DNA of 64,000 nucleotides from a virus. Taxonomy: Duplodnaviria; Caudoviricetes. A program made the position numbers and the translations under genes. Below, piece by piece: positions 1 through 9,000 of this stretch. Within the stretch, counting starts at the first letter, position 1. Each line of letters starts with the position of its first letter. Where the stretch lies: IMG/VR virus record IMGVR_UViG_3300032216_001376, positions 2,081 to 66,080 of that record, one strand, 5' to 3'. The notes beneath the pieces were generated by a model that saw only the letters and a program-made list of their open reading frames with translations, did not search any database and was not told the DNA's origin.

Positions 1-337
1 AAACTCTAAATACATTTTTTACTGTTTCATCACTAATTTTGTTGTTGTTATAGCCTTCGGAAAGCAATTGTTGATATGCAGCATTTTTAATTTCTTCATT
101 CATATTGACAGGATTGTAATTTCTGTCTTCTTTAAGATAGTCTGTCCAATAATTAAAAGCGTTTTCATTGCCTGCTAATTTATTTTGAGTAGCTTGTCTT
201 ATTAATTCATCTGTACCTAATTCAGATAAATTATCTATAAAATCACCACCCATCATTCGTAGAATGCCTTCGCCCTGATAAGTATCAGGGTCTTGCATAA
301 AGTTTCTCTGACCTACGGAAGTATTTATCCAAGGCAT
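1..337 (-). CDS. Partial ORF (starts MPWINTSVGQRN, runs off the window start); probable virion protein
   Basis: Manually translated: ATG at 337, no stop before position 1; same strand as the late operon. Confidence 0.6.
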   Translation of the reverse strand, partial: MPWINTSVGQRNFMQDPDTYQGEGILRMMGGDFIDNLSELGTDELIRQATQNKLAGNENAFNYWTDYLKEDRNYNPVNMNEEIKNAAYQQLLSEGYNNNKISDETVKNVFRV

Positions 338-370
338 AATTAATAACTCGTATTCATATTAATGTTCATA

Positions 371-640
371 TTAATGGCTTTTTCCGTTAATCATTAGGGT
401 TACTTCTTTTGCCCAGTCTTGCCAATTTTCATAAGAGTCAGAACTTGGCAGTGGAAACGCCGAAAACGTAAACGTACTAGCTATAGTATCGGCTGTATTT
501 TTCCAGTTCTCTTCTATATTATACGGTATATTTAACTGCCCGTAATAAATAATAAAGTTACCGTTCCAGTCTTCCCAAGTAGAATTTTCTGGTATGAAAG
601 GAAAAAACTGCTGGTTGTTTTTATTAACATAAATTGTCAT
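371..640 (-). CDS. Hypothetical virion-module protein (89 aa)
   Basis: Directly follows the tail hub gene; repeated W-x-D-W motif. Confidence 0.6.
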   Translation of the reverse strand: MTIYVNKNNQQFFPFIPENSTWEDWNGNFIIYYGQLNIPYNIEENWKNTADTIASTFTFSAFPLPSSDSYENWQDWAKEVTLMINGKSH

Positions 641-642
641 GC

Positions 643-2799
643 TTACGGCCTTTCATCGCCAAACTCTGCCGTAATCATTAACCTACCCATTTCAAAGTTT
701 CCATCAATTTCATTTGACTCAAACCTTAAACGCATCAAACGATGCTCTACGCGCAAGTCAATCTTATCTGTATGTGGCTCAAAGTAATATGGCCCAGAAA
801 CTTCTTCGGTTGCACTATTAGCAAACTTACGACCCAAAATGGTCATTGCCATGGTGCCAGTTTGTAAAAAGTTTGGCTCAACACGACGTAAGTGCATACG
901 GCGGTTAACCCCAATCAGCCCCTCTTGGCTCGGGCTACCAGTCAACCAACTAATATCGCTTGTAGTAACGCTAGAATATACCGCAACCTCTGTGTTAAGG
1001 TTAACTTGATTTTGACCAAACTCATGTTGCCAAATTGTATAACCACTAGTTTGGTGGTACACCAATGATCCTGGCAATACGTTGATACTGTTTGAACCAG
1101 AAAACGTAATAAAAGTAACCCCCGGCATTCCAATGGTTGTGTTAATGGTGAACGCTGCCGACGTCACTTGGTAGGTTTGTGTTGGGTCGTTGCCTAATGA
1201 AAAGGTTAATATACTGCCTGGCGGAAATATAGACGTCACGTTACCAGCAATATACATTTGGTTATTAGTAGCCGCGGGTAAACTGGCGGGGTTTGTAATG
1301 GCAGTATATGGCGCACTAAATGACGGCGTGTAGTTCCAGTCCGCCCATATTGGCGTTGGAAATAACTCAGTAGTGTAACCGCAAGAACGTTGTGCTCCAG
1401 TAGCTTGTCCGGCGTCGTACCAAAGTTTGTCTTTTACGTTATAAATAATAGCGTCAGTACACTCTGAAGCCGTACCACGAGGATAAAAGAACCAAATCTC
1501 GTTGTATCTAGGCACTTTAGTCGCCCAGACTTTTTGACGTTGTGTGTAGTTTAAGTTGTTAAATAAGTAGTTTACGTTCTTATCATTTGCCACTACTGAT
1601 ACGTTACCGTTGTACTGGTAAAATCGATCAACACCCATCCAATAAAACACACCGTCCATCTCCACTACTGCGTTTGATGATATGATAGAGATTTGGCTTG
1701 AAACGATGTCGTAGTTCCAGTATTGACTTACCGTAGCCGTGCTAGACGCCGATGAGTTAAATGAAACACGAATTAAACTATCCGTTGCCCAAAACAATCC
1801 AGCGGGTGAATTTGTACCACCGCGCATTGGCATGCCTTTAATAATCTTAGAAGCGGCAACGTTGACTTGGTTGGCTAATGGGCCATTCCAATCATAAAAA
1901 TTTTGTTGTGCGTACGTGCTACTGACGTTGTTGTTAGCAATGTAACCGTGTGATCCATACACAAAAATAAATGGATACAGCACACAAATACCGCCGTCTA
2001 CACTGATAGGTTGATAGGTTGGGTTTTGTCCTGCGCTATCCGACAATCCACTAAACGACCATGTGTTGCCTGATGTTGGCGTAATGTTACCAACTAGTAG
2101 TTGTGATGGAACGCCGTTATCAACGTCAACAAGGTTGTACCCTGGGTGAGCAAATATTTGTAACTGCCCGCCCTGTGGGCTGAATTGTGAGTCAAACTGC
2201 CACGTTATTCTGTATGGTCCAAAGTTTGGATCTTGTGTAAACACCGCCGAGTTGTTTAACCAAACTTTTGTTGGGCTACCAGTAATGGTGCCCGTCACGT
2301 TAACTGTGGTGTTTGGCGATGAGTACGTAGCCGTTGTCGTTACAAAATTAACTGGTGATGACTGGTTAAAAATAACATTAGTGCCCCCAGGGAATTGTGC
2401 GGTTACGTTACCGGCAATTACAAAACTCGAGCTAGTTTGGGACACTAACGTAAATTGCACCGTGCCGGGTAATATGTTAACTTTGAACGGTCCACTACCA
2501 GTGCCGTAGTTAATCCCGCAGGTAAACACATCTAGTTCTTTATAGTTCCCAGCAAAAATATAGTTGACGCCATCATACGGCTGTGAAACCATGCCACGAT
2601 AAATACCAACGTTACTGGTAAACAATGTGCGATAACCACCCATTTTTTTAGGATCGCCACGTTGAAACCTACACCATACACCTTCGGTATACTGTTCATT
2701 TTGAAACTGTGTACCATCGCGCTTAATTCCAGCTGGTATTGCTAGGCTGTAAATTGAAGTGTATTGCGACTTATCCTGTTGCTGATTATCAGCCGCCAT
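643..2799 (-). CDS. Tail hub/nozzle protein (P22 gp10-like position and size, 718 aa)
   Basis: N-terminal PGIKRDGT...WCRFQRG..KMGG motif typical of podovirus tail stabilisation proteins; beta-rich; follows the adaptor genes. Confidence 0.6.
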   Translation of the reverse strand: MAADNQQQDKSQYTSIYSLAIPAGIKRDGTQFQNEQYTEGVWCRFQRGDPKKMGGYRTLFTSNVGIYRGMVSQPYDGVNYIFAGNYKELDVFTCGINYGTGSGPFKVNILPGTVQFTLVSQTSSSFVIAGNVTAQFPGGTNVIFNQSSPVNFVTTTATYSSPNTTVNVTGTITGSPTKVWLNNSAVFTQDPNFGPYRITWQFDSQFSPQGGQLQIFAHPGYNLVDVDNGVPSQLLVGNITPTSGNTWSFSGLSDSAGQNPTYQPISVDGGICVLYPFIFVYGSHGYIANNNVSSTYAQQNFYDWNGPLANQVNVAASKIIKGMPMRGGTNSPAGLFWATDSLIRVSFNSSASSTATVSQYWNYDIVSSQISIISSNAVVEMDGVFYWMGVDRFYQYNGNVSVVANDKNVNYLFNNLNYTQRQKVWATKVPRYNEIWFFYPRGTASECTDAIIYNVKDKLWYDAGQATGAQRSCGYTTELFPTPIWADWNYTPSFSAPYTAITNPASLPAATNNQMYIAGNVTSIFPPGSILTFSLGNDPTQTYQVTSAAFTINTTIGMPGVTFITFSGSNSINVLPGSLVYHQTSGYTIWQHEFGQNQVNLNTEVAVYSSVTTSDISWLTGSPSQEGLIGVNRRMHLRRVEPNFLQTGTMAMTILGRKFANSATEEVSGPYYFEPHTDKIDLRVEHRLMRLRFESNEIDGNFEMGRLMITAEFGDERP

Positions 2800-4074
2800 T
2801 TAGAACGTCCCGCCACTAATCAGTGTGGCATTAAGTTGAGCGTTAACCGTCACCAGTGGTGCAGATAAGTTGGTAGCATTAATGTCAACTATTTCTACAG
2901 CGTTTGCTGATAGTCCCAAGATGCCTATACCACGCAAGTACATACCCGTAGTGGCGTCGTTTAAGAAAGAGTAAGACGGCGCACCAGCGGTGCCATTAAT
3001 AGCTTTAAACGTTGACGATGACGATGCGTTTAGTACATATAAAAACTGACCGTCACTTAACAATGTATAAATATTACCAGTGGACAACACTAAAGGCGAT
3101 TGACTACTGCCTTGATTTTGGAATGTAATATTGTAACCAGACTGATTGGTGCTGTTTGATAAAATGTATAACTGCGTAATTGCTGGTAGTGTTACAGCCA
3201 AGGTTGTAGTGCGTGATCCAGATTGTGCTACGTATGTTTGAATAATTGGTGCATTAGACACTAGGTTTAACGTGCTGCCCGTGATAGCGTCAACGTCGTA
3301 TGTAGCAGAAGTAAACACCACATTATTTGGTGTCACCCAACCAACGGTAATGTACTGGTTGGCACTAGCATCATAAAATATAAACCCAGAGTCGCCGGGG
3401 TTTGTGCTAATGGACGACGACCCGTTAATTGTTTGTGGTGATGGTGGCGTAAATGATAACGCACCAGATCCGCTGTTTCTAAAGGCAATAAACCAACCTG
3501 TCGTCAGTGTTGCTACTGATGGTAGTGTAATGTTACCAAGTCCACCAAGCCAGTTATATGTTGAGGCGCGGTTGGCGTTAGTAATGGTTGGTGCTACAGA
3601 TATGTCAATTACGTTTTGCGTGGTTGCTAATTGACCACTAACGGTTGTTAAACCCGCACCAGCCAATGTAGCGGCGTCTGCTGAAGACGTGCCCGCACCA
3701 AATGTTACGTTACCCCAAGTGCCCGCCGCCGTTGTATTGTCTTGTAGATAAAAATACTTTGATACGCCCGCAGCAATCGTAACTGAGTTTCCACCAGCGT
3801 AATCCTTAATTGAAAATGAATTGGCGCCAAGGTTGCGGAACAAAATATCGGCACCAACAGTCCCTTGGTTTGCTTGTGGTAGACTAATAGATAACCCAGT
3901 TGTCGTGGCCGTGCAGTCAATGATGCGTGTCGCTGGGTTTTCACCATCTCCTTGGTTAACAATTGCTGGCCAAAATAATGGGGTATCGGCACCAAATGAA
4001 AGTGATGAATAGGAAACGTCAGTTGGCGTGACAACGGTGCCTGTAAATGGTGAGGTATAAACTGGTGTAGTCAT
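2800..4074 (-). CDS. Tail-associated structural protein (424 aa)
   Basis: T/S/G/A-rich beta-strand composition; lies in the tail gene block. Confidence 0.55.
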   Translation of the reverse strand: MTTPVYTSPFTGTVVTPTDVSYSSLSFGADTPLFWPAIVNQGDGENPATRIIDCTATTTGLSISLPQANQGTVGADILFRNLGANSFSIKDYAGGNSVTIAAGVSKYFYLQDNTTAAGTWGNVTFGAGTSSADAATLAGAGLTTVSGQLATTQNVIDISVAPTITNANRASTYNWLGGLGNITLPSVATLTTGWFIAFRNSGSGALSFTPPSPQTINGSSSISTNPGDSGFIFYDASANQYITVGWVTPNNVVFTSATYDVDAITGSTLNLVSNAPIIQTYVAQSGSRTTTLAVTLPAITQLYILSNSTNQSGYNITFQNQGSSQSPLVLSTGNIYTLLSDGQFLYVLNASSSSTFKAINGTAGAPSYSFLNDATTGMYLRGIGILGLSANAVEIVDINATNLSAPLVTVNAQLNATLISGGTF

Positions 4075-4077
4075 ATA

Positions 4078-4692
4078 TTAGGGCTCTTGTACGTTCGTAT
4101 TACGATCCACACGACGAATATCGTCTTCTTTTTTCAATGCATTTACTGCGTCTGTGTAGTATTGTTTCCACACTGGGAGCTTGTCTAAAGCTTTTAAATA
4201 GCCCTGCGCTTGTAATAATGCACCGTAAAGCATCGCCTGTGGGGCAACTTGTGTCCATAGGTTCTGTTGGTTGTTTTCATCCAGTGGCTGAACTTCGGCG
4301 TAGTAAATAATCTCCACTGGGTACGCTACGTCTGGTTTTGGTGCAAAATTCCAGTTGCTGTAGTCATAGTCTGCGTAGTACAGTGGCTGTCCGCCAGATG
4401 ATTCTGACAAGTACATAGACACATAGTCTTGACTACGTAACAGTATCGGCTGGCCGTTAACCTTCATTGACACAGTCTTGCGCCAACGCGCGGGTTTGTT
4501 GAGCACCGTTTGGTTAACCGCTAGGTTAGTCTCAACCACAATCAACTGCATGTATGTCTTTAACTCAGCCGCAATGGACGACTCAGCCAAAGCAATAAGG
4601 TTAGGAATCTGCGCAATAAAGTCAGCGTCATCTCGCTCCATGTATTGCTGGATATTTGACACCAGCGAGTCATATGTCATTATTACGCTCAT
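4078..4692 (-). CDS. Head-tail adaptor-like protein (204 aa)
   Basis: MTYDSLV..IQQY.ER N-terminus, G.P.YYA and LYGALL.A..YLK motifs seen in podovirus adaptor proteins. Confidence 0.55.
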   Translation of the reverse strand: MSVIMTYDSLVSNIQQYMERDDADFIAQIPNLIALAESSIAAELKTYMQLIVVETNLAVNQTVLNKPARWRKTVSMKVNGQPILLRSQDYVSMYLSESSGGQPLYYADYDYSNWNFAPKPDVAYPVEIIYYAEVQPLDENNQQNLWTQVAPQAMLYGALLQAQGYLKALDKLPVWKQYYTDAVNALKKEDDIRRVDRNTNVQEP

Positions 4693-5762
4693 CTTGTGTA
4701 GTAGCTTATGTTAGGTTGGAAATAGATAGGTGATTTGTCCCTATCCTCTTCACTGGCTTGTAAGAATGCCTTTGCGGCTTGCGCTTCTAAGTACTGAACC
4801 CTAGCCATATCCACACCTGGTAACTGCAATGACATAGAGTGTGACAACTGTTTTTGTACGCAGTTAATCCAACGATCCGGCACGTAGATTTGGTTTGTTA
4901 ACGAGCCAACGTCCATCATTTGTTTTTCAACAAGCAACTGAAACATTTGGTATGGGTTGTTAGGCACTGGCCATAAGTACATAGACGGCTCAATGGTTCT
5001 GTCAAACCAGTACTGCAACGAGCGTACTGACGGAAACTGTTTGTTTGGTAGGTTCCAATAGTCGTCACGATTGAGTCGTGCTAACGGAATAACTTGTTGG
5101 CTGGTTGAGAATACAATTTGACGTACTGAGAAGGTTGTCGCTACGGTTTCACGCAAACGGTAAAACAAGTGTGGCTCTGTGATAGATATGTTGTAGTACT
5201 GCCACTGCTTGTCCACCATGGTAATTTCTGGGAACGTTTGTTTGGTAATCCAATTAATACCGTCGTCACTGTACTCATACACTAGGTTAAACGTCTGCGT
5301 GCCACTACCGTTAACGTAACAGTTCCAACCAACGTAATAGACGCTTTGTGCTTGTTGATATCCAAGACCAAGCCAGTTCTCTGAAATCGTTGACGTTGCT
5401 AAGGATGTTAACGTGGAGTTTTGGTTGAATGCGTTGGGAGACGTTGAGTTGTCTGTTGGTAAGTACGTAGACGCTTGAATGTTCTGAACGTACACCCAGT
5501 TAGCCTCACGCACGTCGATGACTGTCTTTGGGAGTACCAACTGTTGTTGCTGTGTCAAAGCACCATACAGTTGGTTTTCTAATAGCCACAGATTTACGCC
5601 AAGGTTGGATAGGTTTTGTAGGTTGTAAAACAGCGCCTGCTTGCCGGCGTCAATGTACTCAGGCGTCATTTCTTCTGCTGTCTTACCAGCATCACGGAAC
5701 GCATAAGAAAGTAACTGGTCAACATTAATCGTTGTGCTACCAGTTGTATTAGAATAAGCCAA
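4689..5762 (-). CDS. Head-tail connector / tail tubular protein A-like (357 aa, TTG start)
   Basis: N-terminal helices (LNxxLQNLSNLGVNLW), G.P.QYWFDR..P..YLWPVP motif; inserted beta domain. Confidence 0.5.
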   Translation of the reverse strand: MAYSNTTGSTTINVDQLLSYAFRDAGKTAEEMTPEYIDAGKQALFYNLQNLSNLGVNLWLLENQLYGALTQQQQLVLPKTVIDVREANWVYVQNIQASTYLPTDNSTSPNAFNQNSTLTSLATSTISENWLGLGYQQAQSVYYVGWNCYVNGSGTQTFNLVYEYSDDGINWITKQTFPEITMVDKQWQYYNISITEPHLFYRLRETVATTFSVRQIVFSTSQQVIPLARLNRDDYWNLPNKQFPSVRSLQYWFDRTIEPSMYLWPVPNNPYQMFQLLVEKQMMDVGSLTNQIYVPDRWINCVQKQLSHSMSLQLPGVDMARVQYLEAQAAKAFLQASEEDRDKSPIYFQPNISYYTR

Positions 5763-5764
5763 GG

Positions 5765-5932
5765 TTATCTCCCGCGGCCAGAAGCTCGCTTAGTTACTTT
5801 TTGTGGTAGTTTATTAGTTGCTGGCCCAGCTTTAACAAACTCTTTACCAACCTTCTTAGGTATGCCAATGTTACTTTTACCGGCGGCGGCCGCGTACATT
5901 GCGCCCTGCTGGTCTTTTGACTGATAGGGCAT
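5765..5932 (-). CDS. Small basic virion-module protein (55 aa, [36 protein letters not shown]...)
   Basis: Manually translated; ATG overlaps the upstream TAA; [11 protein letters not shown] motif common in aquatic phages. Confidence 0.7.
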   Translation of the reverse strand: MPYQSKDQQGAMYAAAAGKSNIGIPKKVGKEFVKAGPATNKLPQKVTKRASGRGR

Positions 5933-6813
5933 TAACGTTTTCCAAATAAATTGGCCATTAAGTCTGGGGAACCAGGCTGGACTTGTGGTCCATCAGGATA
6001 CGGGCCGTCACCATAACCGGGATCTATTTGTACCGGCGGTTGTATTACGGGTCGACCACCAAATCCACCACCACCAAGCCCGCCACCAAATCCAGTGTTA
6101 AAGTCGTTACTATTGTTTGTGTTAGTGTTAGTATTAGTGTTGTTATTAACGTTGTTATTCATATTACTATTACTATTACTATTACTATTAACGTTACTAT
6201 TCATATTTGGATTGTAAGGACCATACCCGGGGGCTGGATATCCGGGGTCTGGCTGTTGTGGAAATGGCTGTGGATTAAATGGTGGTTCATCTGGAATTGC
6301 TGAACCGCCCGTAGCAAACTTTTTGATTGTTTTTCCACCCTTGCCGGCCGCGCTAGGTGCGTCAGCCTTTTTGTTACCCGTTGGCTTTACTTTTTCCATT
6401 TTAACAGCGTCGCCAGATTTTTTAGATTTTTCTTTCTCTACGTCACTAACGCCAGTTTTACCGCCAGCCTTTAACATCTTAGGCTTTTCTTTTTTAACCG
6501 CAGCAATTTCTTTTTTGTCTGTGCTATCTTTTTTGACACCATAAACAGCGCTGCCGTCTTTAAACTTCTTTACGGTGCCGACTTCTTTTTTAGAACGGCC
6601 ACCCTTTTTTAACTTAATCTCTGTTGGCTCTTTGTCGTGCTCGGCTCTGTCGTGCTGCTTGAACGCCTTCTTAATCATTGCCTTGTCTTGTTTTTTGTCG
6701 TCGACTTCGCCGCCTTTTTTCATGGCTTTGCCGCCGCCACAGTACGCTTCTGATTGAACAGAGCCGCCTACTTTGAAGCATTTCATTTTAGGTAATGTTT
6801 TAAATCCGTCCAT
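5932..6813 (-). CDS. Lys-rich, low-complexity virion-module protein with repeated xKxGG/AxGG motifs and an Asn-rich tract (293 aa)
   Basis: [33 protein letters not shown] motifs; N/S repeat near 6105-6205; downstream of a late promoter. Confidence 0.7.
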   Translation of the reverse strand: MDGFKTLPKMKCFKVGGSVQSEAYCGGGKAMKKGGEVDDKKQDKAMIKKAFKQHDRAEHDKEPTEIKLKKGGRSKKEVGTVKKFKDGSAVYGVKKDSTDKKEIAAVKKEKPKMLKAGGKTGVSDVEKEKSKKSGDAVKMEKVKPTGNKKADAPSAAGKGGKTIKKFATGGSAIPDEPPFNPQPFPQQPDPGYPAPGYGPYNPNMNSNVNSNSNSNSNMNNNVNNNTNTNTNTNNSNDFNTGFGGGLGGGGFGGRPVIQPPVQIDPGYGDGPYPDGPQVQPGSPDLMANLFGKR

Positions 6814-6862
6814 TTTATATCCTCGAGGTTGTTATTATTAAAAGGGTGATCAGGCCCTATAT

Positions 6863-6895
6863 TTATTAATGCAAAAAAATCAACATTTAAGCCCT
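6863..6895 (-). promoter_or_regulatory. Phage late promoter, class A (GGGCTT-N16-GCATTAATAA)
   Basis: Same 16-nt spacing as six other copies; overlaps the endolysin stop codon. Confidence 0.6.
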
Positions 6896-7409
6896 AAGTA
6901 TCCTTTAAAAACAAGGCTTTTTCTTGTTTTCTTCTGTTGACTAAGACACTAGGATGCACCCAGTCCATAAAGTAATCCGCCGCCAGTTTGTAGTTGCCGG
7001 CGTTAAGTGCCTTGACTAGCCTTGATGTCTTAAAGCCGTTGGCTCCAATGTTGTAGCACAGGCTCGCTAGGGCGTCGTATTGGTTCTGGGTAATGGGTAC
7101 CTTCACCGCAGTCCTAATAGCGTCGTCACACCACTGTGCGTCGCTTTTAAACAGCTCTTCTACCTGCTGGTCTGTGAGTACTGTGTTGATGAGGTGCTGC
7201 TCGTTGGGCTTGATAAGGTGCCCAACGCCAGTTGTCCACAATCCTTGTGTGTCCTTGTAGGCCTTGTTACGCTTGCCCTCAAATCGAATAATGGTGTCAA
7301 GGGTTGACTTAGTAATTGCCATAATTGCCTCTATTTCTTGATCTCTATAGTTGGTAAATAATGGCAACAGTAATCCTGCCAATACAATACATACGATAAA
7401 TTTTTTCAT
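6894..7409 (-). CDS. Endolysin, GH24 phage lysozyme with a hydrophobic N-terminus (possible SAR)
   Basis: E-x8-D-x5-T triad (FEGKRNKAYKDTQGLWTTGVGH); Q.QYDALASLCYNIG; RRKQEKALF. Confidence 0.9.
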   Translation of the reverse strand: MKKFIVCIVLAGLLLPLFTNYRDQEIEAIMAITKSTLDTIIRFEGKRNKAYKDTQGLWTTGVGHLIKPNEQHLINTVLTDQQVEELFKSDAQWCDDAIRTAVKVPITQNQYDALASLCYNIGANGFKTSRLVKALNAGNYKLAADYFMDWVHPSVLVNRRKQEKALFLKDT

Positions 7410-7909
7410 TACTTTTCGGTGGGAGTTGATTTCCAGAGCATTTGATCTTTTGCCTGACTGCCACTTGACGACCCAAAGTAAAATGATATAACTTGTTCTG
7501 CCTTGGCAGACAGATAGCCAACCAGTGTTCCCGCCATTGCCGACTCTATTTTTGAGTAGCCTAAAAGCGTGCCCACCACTACGGTAATAAAAGAGATAAC
7601 AATAATAACGGCGAGGGTTGGAACCAGTGTGGACTTTACCTCTGTCTGCATCTGACGCGCCGACTTACGATCGGAAACCGCCAACGCCTCAAAGTTTAAA
7701 CCCAATTCTTTTTCTGTCTTCTTAAGCTCCATCTCGGCTATTTTGACCTGTGCAATCTGCTCGGATGTCATGTTACCGTCGTCTAGCATCTGCTTGACAA
7801 CCTCTTGAGACACGCCGAATACCTTTGCTATAGCCTCGTAGGCAAGACCGCCTAGCGGCCCGCCAATTGCCCTTGCAATGGTTGGTGCGATGGTTTCTAG
7901 CCAAGACAT
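7409..7909 (-). CDS. Putative holin (3TM/GTA-holin-like)
   Basis: APTIA.A.GGPLGG N-terminus, coiled coil, two C-terminal hydrophobic helices ending FYFGSS; adjacent to the endolysin. Confidence 0.65.
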   Translation of the reverse strand: MSWLETIAPTIARAIGGPLGGLAYEAIAKVFGVSQEVVKQMLDDGNMTSEQIAQVKIAEMELKKTEKELGLNFEALAVSDRKSARQMQTEVKSTLVPTLAVIIVISFITVVVGTLLGYSKIESAMAGTLVGYLSAKAEQVISFYFGSSSGSQAKDQMLWKSTPTEK

Positions 7910-7910
7910 A

Positions 7911-8144
7911 CTATTTCTCCTGTAACTTATCTAACTTGTCCTCGATGCGGTGGATGGCTTTTAAAACCTCCTCCCAACGATCTGAAAAGTCTTCCTTGTG
8001 CATGTAGTTTTCTGCTAAGTGTGTGCGTAGGTTATTAAGGTCATTTTTAAGAACCTGAACGGCTGTCCAGAGCTCTTTACAAAACCAACCAATTGCCACA
8101 CAGATAATTGGTAGTACGGTGTTGATAAGTGTCTGGACGTCCAT
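7911..8144 (-). CDS. Small membrane-anchored coiled-coil protein (77 aa, likely start MDVQTL); lysis-associated
   Basis: N-terminal TM segment followed by a coiled coil; sits just upstream of the holin. Confidence 0.55.
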   Translation of the reverse strand: MDVQTLINTVLPIICVAIGWFCKELWTAVQVLKNDLNNLRTHLAENYMHKEDFSDRWEEVLKAIHRIEDKLDKLQEK

Positions 8145-8145
8145 A

Positions 8146-8307
8146 TTACTCTTCTTTCGGTTGTTCTGCCTGTACAGCCTGTGCACCTTGCTCAGATGCT
8201 TGCTTTTGTACTTCGGCAATTAATCCTGCAACTTCCACAAAGGGGCGTGTTCCTAAGTATTGCATGATTCCGTTTAATAATTCAGTTGACAAAGTGATCT
8301 TATCCAT
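8146..8307 (-). CDS. Small tail-fibre-associated protein (53 aa, MDKITLSTELLNGIMQYLG.RPF.EV)
   Basis: Likely ATG at 8307; motif frequently follows tail fibre genes. Confidence 0.55.
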   Translation of the reverse strand: MDKITLSTELLNGIMQYLGTRPFVEVAGLIAEVQKQASEQGAQAVQAEQPKEE

Positions 8308-8371
8308 TACTTTTCCGTTTAAAAAAATATCCGTCAAAATAGGGTGACGGTTTCCCTATTACTATTATATA

Positions 8372-8716
8372 CTAAACTGTAGCCCAAGGCAACGGTTGTA
8401 CGCTTGGTGATACAGGTGGGTTAACAATGCTTTCTATAGAGCCATCAATGCTTGCCTCTAAATTAGATACGCCTTGTGGTGTAAGAACATCTTGCACCCA
8501 TCCAATAACTTGTTCTTCTGTTAAGTCTTCATACGGTGTGAAGTTGCTTGTTGCTGATACTGTGAATTGCACGTTGACATTTTGGCTTGCTGTTACGGGC
8601 GGTGTTGCACCGTTTGAGCCTGTTACTAATGCACTTGCTAACACAACATAGTTTGGGTCACCGTCTACGATTGGTAGTGTAGACATGGAGGTAATTTTCC
8701 ATTCGTAATTATTCAT
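8372..8716 (-). CDS. Putative tail fibre assembly chaperone (114 aa)
   Basis: Y.W.I..M...P and F.PY.DLTEEQVIGWVQ motifs ending in LPW; downstream of the tail fibre. Confidence 0.6.
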   Translation of the reverse strand: MNNYEWKITSMSTLPIVDGDPNYVVLASALVTGSNGATPPVTASQNVNVQFTVSATSNFTPYEDLTEEQVIGWVQDVLTPQGVSNLEASIDGSIESIVNPPVSPSVQPLPWATV

Positions 8717-9000
8717 TTTAATATCCTATAGTTTTGATATACAACATAAGCATACAACAAGTTAAAAATACATAACACAAAGATTGAAGCATTAACGGGC
8801 GTTGTATATACAATAAAGCTTACTGCACCGATAGCCATTAGTTTAGCAATCACAAAGCCTTTAATCACTCCAACTTTGGAGAATAACCACGCCATAATCG
8901 GATTGCCTTCGTGTCCTTTGTCTGACTTAATGACGTGATACGTTGTCCAAAAGTCTAGGAATTGAAGAAGAATAAAGATAGCAAAGAGGATGTAGGTCAT
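8713..9000 (-). CDS. Small multi-pass membrane protein (DUF5658-like)
   Basis: LD..TTY...G.EGNPIMAWL motif; three hydrophobic helices. Confidence 0.6.
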   Translation of the reverse strand: MTYILFAIFILLQFLDFWTTYHVIKSDKGHEGNPIMAWLFSKVGVIKGFVIAKLMAIGAVSFIVYTTPVNASIFVLCIFNLLYAYVVYQNYRILK

